Positions 9,190-18,983 of a stretch of DNA of 64,000 nucleotides are shown here, piece after piece. The translations under genes were made by a program, and so were the position numbers. The notes below the pieces were generated by a model. That model was not told where the DNA came from. It worked only from the letters and a program-made list of their open reading frames with translations, and made no database searches. Position 1 is the stretch's first letter. Each line of letters opens with the position of its first letter. The stretch is from an uncultured virus (IMG/VR IMGVR_UViG_3300020438_000023) (Duplodnaviria; Heunggongvirae; Uroviricota; Caudoviricetes; Kyanoviridae): positions 1-64,000 of IMG/VR virus record IMGVR_UViG_3300020438_000023; one strand, given 5' to 3'.

Positions 9190-9743
9190 AGCCTCTTGTT
9201 ATTCTCATCAGTTATATTATATAAAGTATACTTGAAAGTAACGTCTGCTGTAAAGTACTGTACATCTGTATCAGTAGCATCAAAGTCTAGTGTGGACAAA
9301 TATGACGGGAACATATTTTGAAAATTAACTTTAAAATTAATATTGTTATTACTTGTTAGTACCATTAAAGAACCATCAGAATATATGTCCATAGTTTTTT
9401 CTGGAATGATAGTTCTCCTAGAATCATTATTCTGCAGATCTATAATTTCTTTTACGTTCTCTGGAAACCCAAGACCTCTCATCCAGTTTTGAATTTCCAT
9501 ATAATTTTTGAGATCTTCATCAACTAAAAATTTTAAGTTAAAATCTCCAAATACTAATTTATCCCCAGGTACATCAATATCTTTTAGATATGATGGTTGA
9601 ACTGCAACTCCTAGATTCATGTCTGGGATATTTGCACTGTTGCTAAAGAATGCTACTCTAGGTGCTCTAGTTAAACCAAATCTAAATCCAGTTGGAGATA
9701 GAAAGTTTCTATTCTGTATTTGAGTATCGTAAAATCCTGCCAT
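9186..9743 (-). CDS. gp3: tail tube terminator / tail completion protein
   Basis: NFLSPTGFRF...ANIP...PGDKL.F...FLVDEDLKNY.EI.NW motifs; follows gp23. Confidence 0.9.
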   Translation of the reverse strand: MAGFYDTQIQNRNFLSPTGFRFGLTRAPRVAFFSNSANIPDMNLGVAVQPSYLKDIDVPGDKLVFGDFNLKFLVDEDLKNYMEIQNWMRGLGFPENVKEIIDLQNNDSRRTIIPEKTMDIYSDGSLMVLTSNNNINFKVNFQNMFPSYLSTLDFDATDTDVQYFTADVTFKYTLYNITDENNKRL

Positions 9744-9763
9744 CTTTTTTTAATTATTTAGAT

Positions 9764-9789
9764 AAAAAAAGAGGGTCCGAAGACCCTCT
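9764..9789 (-). terminator. intrinsic terminator after gp23
   Basis: Minus strand AGAGGGTC-TTCG-GACCCTCT followed by a T-run: UUCG tetraloop hairpin typical of T4-like phages. Confidence 0.92.
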
Positions 9790-9812
9790 CGCATAACCTT
9801 GTGATCAATAAA

Positions 9813-11201
9813 TCACATGAGGTTTTTGATGGAAACGCGACGGTAGTAGCGGTTAGCATTGGTGGTAAGAGCACCAGCTCCAACTGTGCTTCCCTGTGCG
9901 AAGGGGTTAGCAACCATGCCGTAGCGAGTCTTGAAGCCGATTTTAGGCTGGAAGGTGTTCTCTCCAACTGCACGAACCATCTGTAGGGGAACGTATGGGC
10001 AGTAGAATAAACCAGCGTCATAAGGGGAAGTACCCTTATAACCAACAACGTAGTACTGATTAGCAGCGTTGTTTGCAGCGTAAGGATCGATGTATACGCG
10101 GAACTTACCAAGCAGAGTACCTGCGAAGGTGTTACCAGCGTCATCAACACTCAAGTTAGCGTTAAGAGCAGGAGTGTAGTCAAGTACACCAGCCATTGCA
10201 AGTGCGGATGCAACGTCAGCGGAGCACATGATTACGTTGCCCTTTCCTCTACGAGTTCTTTGAGCAATCTGGTTCGCATCTCTTTCGATTTGGAACAGAA
10301 GACCTTTGAACTTCTCAACACTCCAACGTCCGTTGGAATCGATGTCGAGATCAAACTCACCAGCAGTTGCAACGTTTTGTGTTGCGCCTTGCTCAGCGGT
10401 TTTGTAGATTGTTCTGATGACTTCACGGTTGATCTCAGCAAGAATCTCAGAAGAGAGAATATTTGCGAGTTCCGCTTCAGCGTTCAGACCGTGGATCGCC
10501 TTGAGGTCTTGTGCGAGTTCTAAAGAATACTCAGCTTTCAGAGCTCTGGACTTGGCGGTTACGGTGACTTTCTCGATCGAGAATGCCATCTGGTTGAAGT
10601 GGTCGCTACCTGTGCCGAGGTTCTCAGCATCATCGGTACGCATACCCTGACCAACGCTATAGTTGGATTCGGTTGCAGAACCAGTTGGGTTCAGTACACT
10701 TGGGTTTCCACCTGCTTGTGCAGTTGTACCCATACCAACGGAAGTACCAGTGTTGCCGTTAGTAAGATCGAACTCGGAAGACTGACCAGAGAATCCGGTG
10801 TCTACTTCGTCGAAGAAGCTCTCTTTACCGTTCTGAGTCTCGTAGCGTGAACGCATCGCGAAGATGAGTCCAGTAGGACCGTTCATTGGTTGTACGCCAG
10901 CCAGGTCATAAGCGACCAGGTTAGGCATAGAACGACGGATCAAGGAGATCAGTACTGGGTCGAAACCAGCAACTGTTTGACCGCCTGAGGAGGTATACCC
11001 ACCATCGCCAACTGCGTTAACAGGTGCTTCGGATAGGAAAGAACCAGAATCACTGAATGATTGCTGTTCTCTAAGGAATTTTTCTTGGTTTTCGAGCAGG
11101 ACTGCGGTAACAGCTCTCTTGTGAGAATCTTGGATTGAATCAAGTCCCTCGTGATTGAGGAGAGGTGCCCACTTTTCCTGCAACTGTTCTGATTGGAACA
11201 T
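9813..11201 (-). CDS. gp23: major capsid protein
   Basis: GVQPMNGPTGLIFAMR, KSRALKAEYSLELAQDLKAIHGL, EINRE and FQPKIGFKTRYG motifs; probable gp21 cleavage site FLSE/A. Confidence 0.99.
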   Translation of the reverse strand: MFQSEQLQEKWAPLLNHEGLDSIQDSHKRAVTAVLLENQEKFLREQQSFSDSGSFLSEAPVNAVGDGGYTSSGGQTVAGFDPVLISLIRRSMPNLVAYDLAGVQPMNGPTGLIFAMRSRYETQNGKESFFDEVDTGFSGQSSEFDLTNGNTGTSVGMGTTAQAGGNPSVLNPTGSATESNYSVGQGMRTDDAENLGTGSDHFNQMAFSIEKVTVTAKSRALKAEYSLELAQDLKAIHGLNAEAELANILSSEILAEINREVIRTIYKTAEQGATQNVATAGEFDLDIDSNGRWSVEKFKGLLFQIERDANQIAQRTRRGKGNVIMCSADVASALAMAGVLDYTPALNANLSVDDAGNTFAGTLLGKFRVYIDPYAANNAANQYYVVGYKGTSPYDAGLFYCPYVPLQMVRAVGENTFQPKIGFKTRYGMVANPFAQGSTVGAGALTTNANRYYRRVSIKNLM

Positions 11202-11243
11202 TTGCTTTAAAGGGTGATGTTTACGTTTGAGTTAATATTAAAT

Positions 11244-12368
11244 TCAGTTTTTGTTAGCAATAACTGAAAGTGTCTTAAGGTATGCAGCCATGGAATTTGA
11301 GTAGGACTCAGTTCCACTTTCTACACCCTCAGAGAGTGATTCAGTTTTTGCTGCTTTTGGAGTTTTTGCTGAGAAGTATGACTCCTTCAGGGTCTCCAAT
11401 TTTTCACGATATTGTTCTTCACTTTCAAACTCAACACTTTCGGAAAGTGTGGCGAGTTTCTCTTTCTGTGTCTGTGCTAGACCTTCAGAGACTTGAGCTA
11501 CGATTCCATCCGCAACCGACTCGGAAAGACGGGAGTTTAGGGAAACATTTTTCTCAATTTGCTCGTTGAGTTTTGTCTCCATGTCATCAAGTTTTTCTAC
11601 CATGCTCTCTAATACATCATATTTTTCTTCAGGGATAGTTACATAATGTGTTTCAAAAAGATCCTTCATGCCTGAGATGAAACTCTCAGTCATTTCGGTC
11701 TTGAGTGCTGCTTCGATAGCGAGTTGGTTCTCATTGAACCACTCTTCAGCAACATACTCAAGATAAGAATCAACTCTAGTGGTTAATTCTTCTTTAGTTT
11801 CTGTAATTGCTTCTGAGAGTTCAGAAACAAATTTTGTTTCGTATTGTGCTTCTAGACTTTCTTTGATTGCTGCAACTTTAGAGTTGATTGCTGTTTCAAA
11901 GATTGTACGAGCTTTTTCTTGGAATTCTTCGGAGAGTTCTTCGCCATTGAGAAGTGCAGTTACATCTTCTTCGATGTCGTATTCTGCAACAACTTCTGCC
12001 TCCGCAACTTCTGTAGTTTCTTCTTCAGATACTACTTCTTCCTCAGTTGCTTCTTCTTCTGCGACAATTTCGCCTTCGACTTCTTCTTCTTCCTTAACGC
12101 CAGCAGGCATAGGATCTGCCTTAGCAGCACCTTTGTTTACTACGTTTCTAACTTGAGCAAGCGTTGCGCCAGGCTCTTTTAACTTTGCGGAATCGTCATC
12201 AGGTTTATAATTCTCGGGGGTAGGACCTCCGAGATCTTCTACTGATGCAGATGGACCGGGATTAGATAGCGTTGGCATCGGATCCGCTGCAGCAGCATTC
12301 GCATTTACAGCAGTTTTGGATTGTGTAGTGCCCGCTTCCATTTCCTGTAAATTGTTGTCACTAGACAT
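11244..12368 (-). CDS. gp22: prohead core scaffold protein
   Basis: Glu-rich coiled coil with LSEEFQEKARTIFETA, VDSYLEYVAEEW and LKESYF; between gp21 and gp23. Confidence 0.95.
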   Translation of the reverse strand: MSSDNNLQEMEAGTTQSKTAVNANAAAADPMPTLSNPGPSASVEDLGGPTPENYKPDDDSAKLKEPGATLAQVRNVVNKGAAKADPMPAGVKEEEEVEGEIVAEEEATEEEVVSEEETTEVAEAEVVAEYDIEEDVTALLNGEELSEEFQEKARTIFETAINSKVAAIKESLEAQYETKFVSELSEAITETKEELTTRVDSYLEYVAEEWFNENQLAIEAALKTEMTESFISGMKDLFETHYVTIPEEKYDVLESMVEKLDDMETKLNEQIEKNVSLNSRLSESVADGIVAQVSEGLAQTQKEKLATLSESVEFESEEQYREKLETLKESYFSAKTPKAAKTESLSEGVESGTESYSNSMAAYLKTLSVIANKN

Positions 12369-12410
12369 TTGAGACTCTCCGTTTATCTTTTAATTTAGAT
12401 TAACTATATT

Positions 12411-12418
12411 TATTTATA
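12411..12418 (-). promoter_or_regulatory. T4-type late promoter TATAAATA (gp22/gp23)
   Basis: Exact T4 late consensus. Related (A/C/T)TAAATA motifs precede many genes, read on + as TATTTA(T/G/A) at about 1639, 8546, 9755, 13369, 13588, 15292, 18464, 21262, 28930, 32059, 32413, 36292, 38754, 39265, 40501, 41941, 47242, 47521 and 55317. Confidence 0.8.
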
Positions 12419-12421
12419 TTT

Positions 12422-13069
12422 TTAAAGATTTGATATAAACTGATCAAACAGTTCAATCTTACGCTCTTGTAGGCGTCTCTGGCGAGATGCTATTTCAATC
12501 TCAGCTCTCAGATCCTGCGCCATTTTTTCGCGAAGAATACCACCTTCCCATACCCATTCTTTACCTTCCATAATACCTTCTACAAAAGCATCAGGAGCAG
12601 AAGGATCAGCAACAATGTCGGCAGCAGTTGCAAGCATAAAGTCTCCACCAACCACGTTGATACCTTCTTGCCTAGAGATTGATCCGATTCCACGGGAAGA
12701 AACTCCTAGTTTTACACCATCATTGAGAAGAGCCTCAGCGATTTTTCCCATAGGGGTAGAAAGAATCTTTGCTTTACCAATAAAATTAGATCCATTCTCT
12801 TTGAGGGATACAATTTTATGAGAAACTCGATCGAGATTTACGGTTGGACCGTCTGGGTGTCCTAGTTCTCCAAGTGCTCTACCAGAAGAAACATTCTCCT
12901 TGATATAACGACCAACCTCTTTACGAAGAGTCTCCATAGGATACATACGACCATTACGGTTTTTGATGTTTCCTTGAAGGAAAACTCCTTCGATGTAAAG
13001 AGACTTTTTAGACCCTTTACCTTCTACGAGGACTTTTACTTCTTCGATTTCTTCTCTGATTAGTTTCAT
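12422..13069 (-). CDS. gp21: prohead core protease
   Basis: NRNGRMYP, ALGELGHP, GVSSRGIGS and DIVADPSAPDAFV motifs. Confidence 0.97.
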   Translation of the reverse strand: MKLIREEIEEVKVLVEGKGSKKSLYIEGVFLQGNIKNRNGRMYPMETLRKEVGRYIKENVSSGRALGELGHPDGPTVNLDRVSHKIVSLKENGSNFIGKAKILSTPMGKIAEALLNDGVKLGVSSRGIGSISRQEGINVVGGDFMLATAADIVADPSAPDAFVEGIMEGKEWVWEGGILREKMAQDLRAEIEIASRQRRLQERKIELFDQFISNL

Positions 13070-13073
13070 TTGA

Positions 13074-13343
13074 TTAGCCAGTAAATCCTACTTTAAAACC
13101 TTTAACTGTTGCAGCAGATGCTGAAATAATATCTTGAGGACCTTTCTCAAAAAATTCAACTCTATCGTCTGGTAGAGTTACAGTAGCAGTACTTGCATAA
13201 CCAGCAGTTGTACTTTTTGCAATACTAACTGTCGCATCAGCTCCAGAAAGATTGATTACTCTAACAACGGTTGCATTACTAAGAGTAGTTGCACTATTAA
13301 GAGCAACCTCAACGCCAGATCCATTTAATAATGTTCTATACAT
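13074..13343 (-). CDS. hypothetical (probably structural) protein
   Basis: 89-aa ORF with its own late motif at 13369-13375, inside the head gene cluster. Confidence 0.75.
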   Translation of the reverse strand: MYRTLLNGSGVEVALNSATTLSNATVVRVINLSGADATVSIAKSTTAGYASTATVTLPDDRVEFFEKGPQDIISASAATVKGFKVGFTG

Positions 13344-13375
13344 GAACTTAAAAGTGTCTTATAAGAGTTATTTAT

Positions 13376-13558
13376 TCATTCTCCACTTTCTTCTTCTGAA
13401 GAAATTTCATCTTCTTTAGAATCTACATAAGAATTTGCCACAACAGGTTTAAATGCATCAACTTTTTCTGCGCTCTTAGCGAAAAGAAGATCTTTGATAG
13501 CATCTGTAATCTGTGAGGGGGACTCATCACTCACAATCATATCCATTAATTCATCCAT
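13376..13558 (-). CDS. small acidic prohead-associated hypothetical protein
   Basis: 60-aa ORF directly after gp20, preceded by TATAAATA at 13588-13595; occupies the position of T4 gp67. Confidence 0.7.
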   Translation of the reverse strand: MDELMDMIVSDESPSQITDAIKDLLFAKSAEKVDAFKPVVANSYVDSKEDEISSEEESGE

Positions 13559-13595
13559 GTTAATAATTCTGTACTACGATTACAATTTATTTATA

Positions 13596-15260
13596 TTATA
13601 TCTCTCCACCCTTAGGCATTTCTGGTGCCTCGGTTGAAGATCCATCTATTTCTGGTTCAACAGGAACAACCCCCATATTACCATTCGTAGAATCATCTAT
13701 AGGCATTCCTGTTTCGGGATCAACCGGAGCAGTAGGATCTGGAATAAGTCCTGCCGCAATTTCTTTTTCGATAAGTTTATTCTGTTCAAGAATTTCCTCA
13801 TCAGTTTGACGAAGAATTTTTCTTCTCAGATAATCCTGGGAGAAATACTTACCGACATATGGTTCTGCAGTTGCAACCATATTAAGTCTCTCAGTAAGAA
13901 GTTCAGAATCTTTCAGTTCAGAGAAGTGATTATCATATAGGAAGTCATATTGAATATGCTGCTCCATGACATCCCAATCTTCGGGAGTAACAACATTCTT
14001 CAAAAGAAGTTGAGTTTTGAGCATATCATTGAACATATTTGAGAATCTTTTTCTCAAACGTCCGACAAACTTAGTAAACTTGAGTTCATCTCTTAAGATC
14101 TCAGAAGATCTCCCCAGGTTAAATCCACCTTCTCCATCCATTCTTGAGGGTGGAACATTAAGGGATCTAAACAATTTTTTCTTAAAATATTCAATATCAG
14201 TAATTTCACCCAGGTTTTGTCCTCCGGGGAGAGTAGTAATTTCTGTTCCTCTTCCACCTTCACGTCTTGGGAGCCAGAAGTCCTCAAGCATGGACATGTG
14301 TTTTTTCTCATCCTTTATTTCCCCTGTTGAGGCATCATATACAAGTTTATTTCTATAGCGAGACATAACATCACGCAAATATTGTTCTGCTTTTACCTTA
14401 GGTAGATTGCCTACATCAATATAGAAAATTCTACGTTCAGGCGCACGCGATAGTCTGTATATAACAAGACTATCTTCAATCATTCTCAATTGATTGAGAG
14501 ACTTGATTGATTTGTGAAGATATGATAGCGTAGTTCCCTTATTTCTATCTACTAGTCCAGAAGTGCAATATGAAATTGCATCTTTTGCAATTTTGATTCC
14601 AGATTGATTTGAAGATCTACTACCAATAGGTGATGCTGAAGAATTTCCTTTTGGATTGTAAATAAAATATTCTTCAATCTCAGGCATTAAAACTTGTTGT
14701 TCATCCCTAGGACTGTTTAATGCCTTGAGTGCTTGAGCTTTATCTTGCTTCTTTTGTTGTCGGATATAACGCATTTTCATTGCGTCAACATATCTCAACT
14801 CTTGAATTCCATCCTGTGGATTTTTTAAATCTATTACTTTATGGTAGTATAGTCTACCATCAACGTACCAATTTCTATAAATTTCGTGAGATTTTTTATC
14901 AAAATCTAAAAGATCTAAAATTGTTTTAAATTCTTGTCTTACTATTGTCTTTATACCATCGCTCGCATTTAAATTGTCCAGATCAATTTGAACGGGAACG
15001 TCATTAGAATCTGAGACAATCGCTTCGTTTACAATATCTTCGATAGCACTATCAACTTCGGGATGCAGAGCCATTTCTCTGTATCTCTTGATTAGATCAA
15101 ATTCTGTTCTGAATACTCCTTCAATATCAACATAAGAACCAAAAAATCCGCTGGTTAGATAGTGATCAGACCCGTCCTCATTTGACTGAGGAACGGGCGA
15201 TTGAACACTAGGCGGCTTTTGGTTAGTATCTTCTATTGAGAAACCAAATAACTTAGCCAT
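13596..15260 (-). CDS. gp20: portal vertex protein
   Basis: YREMALHPEVDSAIEDIVNEA, RAPERRIFYIDVGNLPK and EDFWLPRREGGRGTEITTLPGG motifs. Confidence 0.99.
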   Translation of the reverse strand: MAKLFGFSIEDTNQKPPSVQSPVPQSNEDGSDHYLTSGFFGSYVDIEGVFRTEFDLIKRYREMALHPEVDSAIEDIVNEAIVSDSNDVPVQIDLDNLNASDGIKTIVRQEFKTILDLLDFDKKSHEIYRNWYVDGRLYYHKVIDLKNPQDGIQELRYVDAMKMRYIRQQKKQDKAQALKALNSPRDEQQVLMPEIEEYFIYNPKGNSSASPIGSRSSNQSGIKIAKDAISYCTSGLVDRNKGTTLSYLHKSIKSLNQLRMIEDSLVIYRLSRAPERRIFYIDVGNLPKVKAEQYLRDVMSRYRNKLVYDASTGEIKDEKKHMSMLEDFWLPRREGGRGTEITTLPGGQNLGEITDIEYFKKKLFRSLNVPPSRMDGEGGFNLGRSSEILRDELKFTKFVGRLRKRFSNMFNDMLKTQLLLKNVVTPEDWDVMEQHIQYDFLYDNHFSELKDSELLTERLNMVATAEPYVGKYFSQDYLRRKILRQTDEEILEQNKLIEKEIAAGLIPDPTAPVDPETGMPIDDSTNGNMGVVPVEPEIDGSSTEAPEMPKGGEI

Positions 15261-15297
15261 TATTTAAATATAGTGATCGTATTACTGTACCTATTTA

Positions 15298-15939
15298 TCA
15301 AGTGAGAGCAACGCCACTTTGATCAGTTGCTCCACCACTAGCCTGTGCAGATCCTGCTGTCCAGTATTGGACTTGGAACTCAACAGTATACTCTTCAATT
15401 GTGTCTGCCGAATCGTAACTCAGATCAATCTGAGAAACGTTTGTTGGGAAAACATCATTGAAAAGATATGTTCTAAGTGGTGTAACTCCAGAACCACCAG
15501 CGATATCGCTATTGGTTTGACTGAAGCGACCTTGATCAGCACCTCTACCTAACTGATGAACAATTGCTCTTGCCATATAGGAAGAGGGGTTTGTAGCACC
15601 AGTGTTGTTATCGAGTTTGCTGATTCCGTTCATCCATTGTTCAAAAGCACTTCTTAGTTTGAAGTCTTCATCGTTGATGACGGTAACAGTCCAGGTGTCG
15701 AATGTTCTATCTCCAGCAACCTTCAGAGTTCTACCTCTGAAGGGAACTTCGATAGGTGCAACGTTGGATGCGGGAAGTGCCGCAGCCTTACACAGGAACT
15801 GGAAGTTTTCTGCATCCCAATCAATACCTTGAGTTGCTACTGCTGGAATTGTTGGAATATCGACTTCAAATAAATTAGCTCTAGCGCCGCCGCCCTGAAG
15901 GGCGGTTTTGAAGTCAGTAATTGTGCGTAAAGTAGACAT
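15298..15939 (-). CDS. gp19: tail tube protein
   Basis: GGARANLFEV, FRGRTLKVAGDRTFDTWTVTVINDEDF and IEEYTVEF motifs; strong AGGAGG RBS. Confidence 0.96.
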   Translation of the reverse strand: MSTLRTITDFKTALQGGGARANLFEVDIPTIPAVATQGIDWDAENFQFLCKAAALPASNVAPIEVPFRGRTLKVAGDRTFDTWTVTVINDEDFKLRSAFEQWMNGISKLDNNTGATNPSSYMARAIVHQLGRGADQGRFSQTNSDIAGGSGVTPLRTYLFNDVFPTNVSQIDLSYDSADTIEEYTVEFQVQYWTAGSAQASGGATDQSGVALT

Positions 15940-15968
15940 TTGGGGTTCCTCCTATTTTTTATAATAAA

Positions 15969-18428
15969 TTAAACTCTACCAGCAACTTCTTCAAAACTTA
16001 CACCTGTTCTCGTAGCAACGAAAGTAAGTGTAACGAAGTTGATTGATTTAGCAGGCTTCAGGAAGATGTCTGCTCTAAACTCATTATTATCAATGACATC
16101 TGGAGTGTTATTTGTTTTATCGCAAATAACCAGATAATCATAAATACCTCTCTTTGCTTGAATATCGCGGAGATAAGGTTCTACGATATTAACAAAGTTT
16201 GCTCTTGTGATCTGATCATTAAGTTCAAAGAGTTGTGACTCTGCTGCTTTTTGCAGTGCTTGCTCAACTGTGAGGAAGAGACGACGAACATTGATACGAT
16301 CGAATGCGGAAGAAACAGCAAGTGCGGTCTTATCACCGAACAACAGAATTCCTGAACCAGACTGATTAACAATGGAGTTAATTCTTCTTGGATAGAGTCT
16401 ATCTCTTTGAGCCTTGGATGGATTAAATGCAAGTTTGATTGCATTATTAAGTTGTCCTCTCTGAAGACCAGCGGGGGAGAACCATGGATAAGCGATAAGA
16501 TTAGTTCTTACCATCAAACCACCAACGTCTCCGTTGGTTGGAACATAACGGAACTTATCATTAAATCTATCATACATGTACTTGTATCCAGTATCGAATA
16601 CAGCATACGATGAAGATGTTAGTGACGAATAGAATGCGATAACATTATCTGTTGCAGTATCAGAATTTGCAACATCAACAACATTTGCTTTATGAGGAGA
16701 AATTGTTGCCATGCAATCCTTTCTCTGGTTAACCAGGGAAATCAGATAGTTTGCTTTTGCTCTAGACTCATCTTCTTGTGCAAGTCCAGGACCGCCAAGT
16801 ACAAAGTCAACCTCTACTTCATCTTTATTTGTTAGTAAAGAATATCCAGAAATTACATCACTAAGAGTTGCTTGCATTCCTTGTGATGCACCATAATCTT
16901 GACCACCTGTAAGATCATAAGTTGCAGCACCAATAGCATTAAAGGAAATTCCTTGTGCTAATGTGTTCCAAGAACCAGATCCTGTAGAGATTCCAGACCA
17001 TTGTGCAGTTGTATTTGCTGAAGCAGTTCCTGTTGTATTTGTTTGGAAATCAATAGCAGTAATTGTTGTTCCGTTAAAGGAATCATTCTCATCACCGAGA
17101 TTTGCTCCTGCAAAAATGTATTCGGATCTATCTGCGAGATAATCCTTATAGAATACCTTCAGGGGAGAATTGACTGCAGAAATTGTATCTGTAGCCTTAG
17201 AGAGGAAAGTATGCTTCTCAAGAAGATTTCCTTGAATTCCTGTTACTTTTCCTTCATCATCATAGACAGCAATGTGGAGAGCATCTCCTTTACCAGATCT
17301 TTCAGTAGAATGTCTACTTGTAACTGGCTTTGGTGCGATGTTCTTCCAGAAAACTGTGGAATTTGTTAATCCAAGTGTCTGTTGATCATACCAATCAACT
17401 GCATTTGTGATGCTGAAAGGAACGGACGATGTACCATCACTTGAATGTGAGTAAATTACTCCACTAGATGGGAATGCAGATCCTGTTACTCCTTCTGCAT
17501 AGTTAATAGCAGTGATCGAACCTGCATTAGAAATCAGATTAGAGAATGTAACTGCAACGCCTGCAGCAACACTACTACCAATTGTGCTTCCCAATGTTAC
17601 TCTGTTACCAGAAAGAACACTGACTACACTAAAGAATCCTGTTCCATCTCCAAATTCTGCGGTGAGAGCAGAAGATGTAGATATACCAGCAGTAGATCCA
17701 ACAGTAATAACTGAATCTGCAACAGTATGAATACCAACTGTTGTCTGAGATCTTGCAACTACGCTTGCTGTAGAACCAACGGAAACTCTTGATGTAATTT
17801 TTACATCAATGGTTTTATTTGATTCATCTTTACCTGTAATGATACCTTTTAAGAAACCATCAAATGTAGAGGTAGTACCATTAGAAGCATTTGGAACTGT
17901 TACACCTGATAGGGTGTAAGTAATACCTGTTCCAACGCTAAAACCATCTAGGTTAGCATTATTAACAGTTAGTCTTTGGTCTGCTAAATCGTCGATAACG
18001 CAGACTTTAATACCATTTGCCCATTCTCCTGGGTTCTTGGCAGCGAATGCCCAATCTACAGAATCTGCAGACTGGTTATCTTGATAGTCTTCGTAATTTT
18101 TTACTTTTGGTGCAGAACCTGAAGCACCAAATCCTCGGTATGCGTTCTTCAGGTTATCGCCATCAGTTCTTACAACTTTCAGTACGCCGCCGTATGAAAG
18201 GAAAGATGATGCTGCAAGCCAGTACTCATACTGGTTGTTATTATTACTTGGTTTGCCGAACTCTGTGATGAGTTCTTGCTCGGTGGCCACATCAGTTGGA
18301 TCTTCCACGGGACCAATAGGGAAGGGTCCTGCGATAGCGCCAATATTATCTAAAACATTCTCAGCTCTTCCTACCGTTAGGTCCACTTCCCTGGTTAATA
18401 CACCAGGAGATAATTGAGGAGTCGCCAT
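15969..18428 (-). CDS. gp18: contractile tail sheath protein
   Basis: LSPGVLTREVDLT N-terminus, PWFSPAG, FDRINVRRLF and FLKPAKSINFVTLTFVATRTG motifs. Confidence 0.98.
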   Translation of the reverse strand: MATPQLSPGVLTREVDLTVGRAENVLDNIGAIAGPFPIGPVEDPTDVATEQELITEFGKPSNNNNQYEYWLAASSFLSYGGVLKVVRTDGDNLKNAYRGFGASGSAPKVKNYEDYQDNQSADSVDWAFAAKNPGEWANGIKVCVIDDLADQRLTVNNANLDGFSVGTGITYTLSGVTVPNASNGTTSTFDGFLKGIITGKDESNKTIDVKITSRVSVGSTASVVARSQTTVGIHTVADSVITVGSTAGISTSSALTAEFGDGTGFFSVVSVLSGNRVTLGSTIGSSVAAGVAVTFSNLISNAGSITAINYAEGVTGSAFPSSGVIYSHSSDGTSSVPFSITNAVDWYDQQTLGLTNSTVFWKNIAPKPVTSRHSTERSGKGDALHIAVYDDEGKVTGIQGNLLEKHTFLSKATDTISAVNSPLKVFYKDYLADRSEYIFAGANLGDENDSFNGTTITAIDFQTNTTGTASANTTAQWSGISTGSGSWNTLAQGISFNAIGAATYDLTGGQDYGASQGMQATLSDVISGYSLLTNKDEVEVDFVLGGPGLAQEDESRAKANYLISLVNQRKDCMATISPHKANVVDVANSDTATDNVIAFYSSLTSSSYAVFDTGYKYMYDRFNDKFRYVPTNGDVGGLMVRTNLIAYPWFSPAGLQRGQLNNAIKLAFNPSKAQRDRLYPRRINSIVNQSGSGILLFGDKTALAVSSAFDRINVRRLFLTVEQALQKAAESQLFELNDQITRANFVNIVEPYLRDIQAKRGIYDYLVICDKTNNTPDVIDNNEFRADIFLKPAKSINFVTLTFVATRTGVSFEEVAGRV

Positions 18429-18507
18429 GTTTTTCTCCTGTAAGGGTTTCAGTTAACTTGAAATATTTATTAAAAGTTGCATTTTCAGTGGGGAAATGCC
18501 GCGTGAA

Positions 18508-18738
18508 CTACCAGTCTGGATATAACCAATCAACAAATGGCGTTTGTTTTTTTCTACTTTCAACAATTCTCTTTATAGTACAGTCTTTACATTCATATGA
18601 CCATGAGGATGGAACTGCTCCTCTGTCCTTTCTTGTTCTATAAAAGTCTTCTATTAGATTCTTAGTCTTATCGCAAATTCTACACTTTCTGTCTGTTAAT
18701 AAAAGATGACCAAGTTTTATTTGACTATCTAAATCCAT
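18508..18738 (-). CDS. small CxxC...CxxC zinc-finger protein
   Basis: CRIC...FYRTRK...YECKDC. The likely start is ATG at 18738 (MDLDSQ), overlapping the upstream stop as TAATG. Confidence 0.75.
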   Translation of the reverse strand: MDLDSQIKLGHLLLTDRKCRICDKTKNLIEDFYRTRKDRGAVPSSWSYECKDCTIKRIVESRKKQTPFVDWLYPDW

Positions 18739-18983
18739 TAGAACCATCTCCAAGGGAGCATCGAATATCCTAACATATTTAATACTGGTTCAAATGCTAA
18801 CGCTAAAAGCGTAAGCATCAAGACTTCAATGAAAAGTTGTTTCCATAATGGTTGTTTTAATTTCCATTCTTTAAATTTATTTGGTTTGCTAGCCCAATCA
18901 TATAAACCAAATTTTTTACCAACTACTTCCGCCCACCAATTAGGATCAACTACATTACTCAATAATTTTAACAATCTAATCAC
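18738..18983 (-). CDS. small hypothetical membrane protein
   Basis: Hydrophobic segment LFIEVLMLTLLALAFEPVL. The probable GTG start at 18983 overlaps the gp17 stop (track start 18995). Confidence 0.65.
   Translation of the reverse strand: MIRLLKLLSNVVDPNWWAEVVGKKFGLYDWASKPNKFKEWKLKQPLWKQLFIEVLMLTLLALAFEPVLNMLGYSMLPWRWF

Noticed and set aside
18488..18510. GTTCAC...TCCCC upstream of gp18 is complementary to GGGGATAGTGAAC before the TTG start at 36257 (possible long-range RNA pairing)
   Set aside because: Only 6+5 bp in two blocks 18 kb apart; compatible with chance without covariation data.
18508..18753. Zinc-finger ORF as a homing endonuclease or mobile element
   Set aside because: It is too short and has no HNH, endonuclease VII or GIY-YIG catalytic motif.
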